Made by a program: the position numbers and the translations under genes | In this document: positions 38,707 through 44,222 of the stretch, piece after piece | How the letters are laid out: every line of letters begins with the position of its first letter | Numbering within the stretch: the first letter of the stretch is position 1 | DNA from: Bifidobacterium breve | Lineage (GTDB): Bacteria; Actinomycetota; Thermoleophilia; Gaiellales; F1-60-MAGs149 | Assembly (NCBI GenBank): GCA_945861955.1 | Contig: CAMAWJ010000002.1 | Location: 1 to 44,222, forward strand | Reading direction: 5' to 3' | DNA: 44,222 nucleotides | The notes under the pieces: generated by a model | What the model was told of the DNA's origin: nothing | Database searches by the model: none | What the model saw: only the letters and a program-made list of their open reading frames with translations

Positions 38707-39251
38707 TCAGGATTCGCCTCCGGCAACCACCACGCGGGCAGGCCGCAAGACACGATCGCCGAGCAGGAAGCCTCTCTGAATCACCTCGAGCACGGTGCCC
38801 TCCGGAGCATCGGCCGGCTGGGAAAGCAGCGCCTCGTGACGGTGCGGATCAAACATGTCGCCGGTCGGATCGAGCTCGGCCACGCCTTCGCGCTCCAGCA
38901 AGGTCCAGAGTGCGCGATGAACGAGCGCCACGCCGTCGGCGATCGCCTCAGTCTCCGCCGTCTCAAATGCCGTCAGAGCACGCCCGAGATCGTCGAAAAC
39001 TGGCAGCAGGTCGCGCAAGAGACGCTCGGCTGCACGCTCGCGCAGTTCCTCGTGCTCGCGGACCATCCGCTTCTTGTAGTTGTCGAACTCGGCCGCAAGT
39101 CGTCGCAGCTGGTCGAGGTAGTCGTCGCGTTGACGTTCGGCCAGAGCCAGAGGATCGAGCTCTTCTTCGACGAGCTCGGCCTCTGCCTTCGACACGATCG
39201 AATCCTCCCCGCTCTCGGCGGGGAGGTCCGAATCTACCGGGTCATGGGCGC

Positions 39252-39255
<4 letters not shown>
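38707..39255 (-). CDS. grpE: GrpE (mirror copy)
   Basis: Exact reverse-complement copy of 4968..5516. Confidence 0.93.
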
Positions 39256-41162
<1,907 letters not shown>

Positions 41163-41234
41163 AAGGGATAAGCCTCCGTGGAGATGGGATGAGGGGGATG
41201 GAAGTGCAGGCGCCGAGAAGTGGCGCGTGACCAC

Positions 41235-41264
41235 ACTCTATTACCTGAGTGCCTGAATATCAAG
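41235..41264 (-). promoter_or_regulatory. Candidate dnaK promoter with HAIR-like operator (mirror copy)
   Basis: Exact reverse complement of 2959..2988. On the plus strand: ACTCTA at 41235..41240, CCTGAGT at 41244..41250, TATCAAG at 41258..41264. Confidence 0.45.
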
Positions 41265-41340
41265 TTTTCTTTTTATGAGGATTCACATCCCGGCGAATCA
41301 GAAAACCCCACTCCGCCGCTCCAGCGAGTACCATCACGGT

Positions 41341-42981
41341 ATGCGTCGTCTCATCCCAGTCCTCGCGCTGATCCTGACCCTGACGATCTTCGCGGCGTCC
41401 GCGCAGGCCGCCGCCCGGCTGAGCGCCGCCCAAGTAGCCACCGCGATGACCGCACGCCACGCCTTTGTGCAGCCCGGCGTGTCACCGCAACCAGACATCG
41501 CAGCCCTCACCGCCGTCGCCGCCGCCAACCCCTCCTTCTACCTGGTCGTGCTCGCCAGGCCAATTGCTGGCGCTGCGAACGCCAAGGGCTCTGCCCGACT
41601 GCTCGCGCAGGCACTCCAGGCCAAGGATCCGCAAGCCACCGTTGGCCTGATCACCAAAGGCAAGCTCGGCGGAGCATCGCTCAGCTACCCACAAGACCGC
41701 ATCAACAAGGCAGTCGCCGACACACGCGCGGTTGCCGCCACCGATCCGGTTGGCGCGCTGACGAGCTATGCAGCCGCCGTCACGAAACCGAACAAGAATG
41801 CGGATGACCCAGGCACCAGTGGCAGCAGTGGTCGACCATGGTGGCAATGGGCTGTGGTTGCCTTGCTGCTCGGAAGCATCGTGCTGGTTGTGCTCCGTAT
41901 CCGCGCACGTTCGAATGAGCAGCGTCGCCGCCGCCGCGGTGGTTCTATCTGGACCGCTCGCGAGTTTCACCTCGACCGCCTCGAGAGCCTCGCCGCACGC
42001 CACACGGCACTCACGGGCGAGACCGCCACGAGCGATGGTCCAAAATCCGACGATCCCGAAGCCGCCGACCACCTCCAGACCGCTGGCGCTCGCCTACTCG
42101 CCTTGCGTCGCACACTGCCAGCACTCACCTCGCCCCGCGAACTGCGCACCGTGGCCGGCGAACTCGACGCCGTCGAGTGGGAGATCCTCTGGGTCGAATA
42201 CCGCCTGGCCGACCACGCGCCTCCCGCTGCCATCGCACCCGGCTTCCCAGGCCTCTGCTTCTTTTCACACGAACACGGGCTTGGCACCGAGGCAATCGAA
42301 CTACGCAAGCCCGACGGCACGATCAACACCGTCTACGTCAGCCCCGAGAACCGACTCGCCCTCGAGCGCGGCGATGCTCCCGAAGTTTCGCTCGTGCACG
42401 TCGGCTCGCGCATGATCCCTTGGCCCGCCGCGCCATCCTGGTATGGCGCCTACGGCTGGAGCCCCGACGACCTACCGGGCCTCGATTACAACGGCGAGCA
42501 AATCTGGGGCATCGATGGTCCAGAGCGTGACGAAGAGCCCCCAGCAGACGAGGCCAGTAGCGACCTGACGACCCCTCCCGCAACGGCCTCCGGCATCGTC
42601 CCCACGCAGGACGGCGAGCTCGCGCTACCCGAAGAAGAGGCTACGCGCGCCTGGGACCCCGACTCCGACGCCGCCTTCGAAGACGTCGCCGCACCCGCGG
42701 AGGCCACGCCGCCGATCGTGGCCCCACCTGCGCAGCCCGTTGTAGAACCCGAGCCAGAGCAGGCCTTCGAAGAGCTCGATCTGCCAGCACCGACGGGCCT
42801 GATCGACGAGCCGAGCGGCGAACCTGAAGCGTCGGAAGAGCTCTTCCCCACGCCACCCGCGATCGATGACGGCGAGGACACGATGGATGGCACGAGTCGC
42901 CCCCCAGCAGTTGGCGACGCAACGCTCGATTGGGATCCGTTCACCGAGCAGGAACCGCCGGAAGACGGTTCGAAGCACTAA
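41341..42981 (+). CDS. Hypothetical membrane-anchored protein (mirror copy)
   Basis: Exact reverse-complement copy of 1242..2882. ATG at 41341; the ORF track starts at 41275. Confidence 0.7.
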   Translation: MRRLIPVLALILTLTIFAASAQAAARLSAAQVATAMTARHAFVQPGVSPQPDIAALTAVAAANPSFYLVVLARPIAGAANAKGSARLLAQALQAKDPQATVGLITKGKLGGASLSYPQDRINKAVADTRAVAATDPVGALTSYAAAVTKPNKNADDPGTSGSSGRPWWQWAVVALLLGSIVLVVLRIRARSNEQRRRRRGGSIWTAREFHLDRLESLAARHTALTGETATSDGPKSDDPEAADHLQTAGARLLALRRTLPALTSPRELRTVAGELDAVEWEILWVEYRLADHAPPAAIAPGFPGLCFFSHEHGLGTEAIELRKPDGTINTVYVSPENRLALERGDAPEVSLVHVGSRMIPWPAAPSWYGAYGWSPDDLPGLDYNGEQIWGIDGPERDEEPPADEASSDLTTPPATASGIVPTQDGELALPEEEATRAWDPDSDAAFEDVAAPAEATPPIVAPPAQPVVEPEPEQAFEELDLPAPTGLIDEPSGEPEASEELFPTPPAIDDGEDTMDGTSRPPAVGDATLDWDPFTEQEPPEDGSKH

Positions 42982-42983
42982 CG

Positions 42984-43541
42984 GTGGCTCATCACCGGTG
43001 GTACTGGGGGGTTGTAATTCGCGTCGATTCGGCGCGCGAACTGTTGTCGTCAATCGCAGACGATGTGGATGACGACGATGTCCGAGTGCAAGATCCGCGC
43101 ACGGGACACATCACCCTGTTCTACGCCCCCTTGCGTGGTCGCCGCGATGCACCCGCACTCGCCGAACGTATCCGGGAGGCCGCGGCGGCGATCAAACCCT
43201 TCTCCGTAACCTGCGCAGGTTTCGATGAGTTTCCCTCGCCTAACCGCCCAGTGGCCTGGCTCGGCGTTCAGCAGGGGAATAAAGAGTTGCAGTCCGTTCG
43301 TACGAGCCTCTGCTCCTGCGACCAGGATTGTCATCGCCATGCGTTTGTGCCGCACCTGACTCTGGCCTACGGCGGGGAGGCTGCAACCTACGCCGCAGTC
43401 CACGAGAAGATTCGGACACACGCAGAATCAGCAGTTTGTGCGACCCATGTCGATGCAGTCTGGATTGCCGGATTTCCGCAGAATGGCCACCCCGCCCGCG
43501 ACCTGCGGTACGTCGAACGAGTGCCCTTCGCTGGGCAGTAG
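42984..43541 (+). CDS. 2H phosphoesterase superfamily protein (mirror copy)
   Basis: Exact reverse-complement copy of 682..1239. GTG at 42984; the ORF track starts at ATG 42930. Confidence 0.75.
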   Translation: MAHHRWYWGVVIRVDSARELLSSIADDVDDDDVRVQDPRTGHITLFYAPLRGRRDAPALAERIREAAAAIKPFSVTCAGFDEFPSPNRPVAWLGVQQGNKELQSVRTSLCSCDQDCHRHAFVPHLTLAYGGEAATYAAVHEKIRTHAESAVCATHVDAVWIAGFPQNGHPARDLRYVERVPFAGQ

Positions 43542-43566
43542 GCCGTCGCGCCACTACACTAAACAG

Positions 43567-44222
43567 ATGCGCCCGCCGCTGACCGATTCGTTCGACCGCC
43601 ATATCGAGAGCGTTCGCATCTCGATCACCGACCGCTGCAACTTCCGCTGCAAGTACTGCATGCCCGCGGAGGGACTGCCATGGCTTCAACGCACGGAAGT
43701 CTTGTCGTTTGAGGAGATCGAACGCCTTGCCACGATTCTCGCCTCGATGGGTGTCAGCCACGTGCGTCTGACGGGTGGCGAACCGCTTGTCCGCCGCGAC
43801 GTCCCCGATCTGATCGAGCGCCTCGTCAAGGTTCCAGGCCTCAAGGACCTCGCCCTGACGACCAACGGAGTCGCGTTGCGCACGCTCGCCGGGCCACTCG
43901 TCGATGCCGGCCTTCGTCGCATCAACGTCTCGCTCGACAGCCTCGACCACTCGCGCTTTGCCGAGATTACGCGACGCGACATGCTTGACCGTGTCCTCGA
44001 AGGGCTTGAAGAAGCAGAGCGCTATCCCGAGCTGCGCCCGATCAAGGTCAACTGCGTCGCAATGCGTGGCTTTACCGAGCCCGAGGTGATCGCCTTCGCC
44101 GAACTCGCCCGGCGCAAGCCGTACATCGTCCGCTTTATCGAGTTTATGCCCCTCGACGCCGATCGCACGTGGCGTAAGGAAGACGTCCTGGCCGGTGCCG
44201 AGATTCGCGCCATGATCGAAAC
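43567..44222 (+). CDS. moaA: MoaA, truncated by window edge (mirror copy)
   Basis: Exact reverse-complement copy of 1..656. ATG at 43567, open to the end of the window. Confidence 0.9.
   Translation, partial: MRPPLTDSFDRHIESVRISITDRCNFRCKYCMPAEGLPWLQRTEVLSFEEIERLATILASMGVSHVRLTGGEPLVRRDVPDLIERLVKVPGLKDLALTTNGVALRTLAGPLVDAGLRRINVSLDSLDHSRFAEITRRDMLDRVLEGLEEAERYPELRPIKVNCVAMRGFTEPEVIAFAELARRKPYIVRFIEFMPLDADRTWRKEDVLAGAEIRAMIE

Overview
High-GC bacterial DNA. The gene order (dnaK-grpE-dnaJ-hspR; glmU-prs ... rplY-pth) is the actinobacterial type; this is inferred from synteny and I claim no taxon.

The main observation is structural. The whole 44,222-nt window is one spacer-less perfect palindrome. 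Positions x and 44223-x were complementary everywhere I checked, and the axis lies between 22111 and 22112. The window therefore holds only 22,111 nt of unique information (19 protein genes), present twice in mirror orientation.

Unique content, read outward from the axis:
- a 237-nt repeat-dense non-coding half-junction
- bcp, glmU, prs
- two tandem Cys-type sulfatase paralogues plus a small secreted protein
- rplY (ctc), pth
- a lone xanthine-dehydrogenase-family molybdopterin subunit
- a tightly packed heat-shock cluster (dnaK-grpE-small membrane ORF-dnaJ-hspR-clpB-membrane ORF) behind a sigma70-like promoter with a HAIR-like operator
- a divergent membrane protein, a 2H phosphoesterase, and a moaA truncated by the window edge

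I recognised no rRNA, tRNA, CRISPR, transposase, integrase, phage or telomere-resolvase genes.

The palindrome is either an artefact (fold-back chimera, or an assembler turning round) or the signature of a replicon end (hairpin telomere, or two abutted terminal inverted repeats). The sequence alone cannot decide; the findings state which data would. All right-arm features are exact mirror copies and may not exist as separate loci in the organism.
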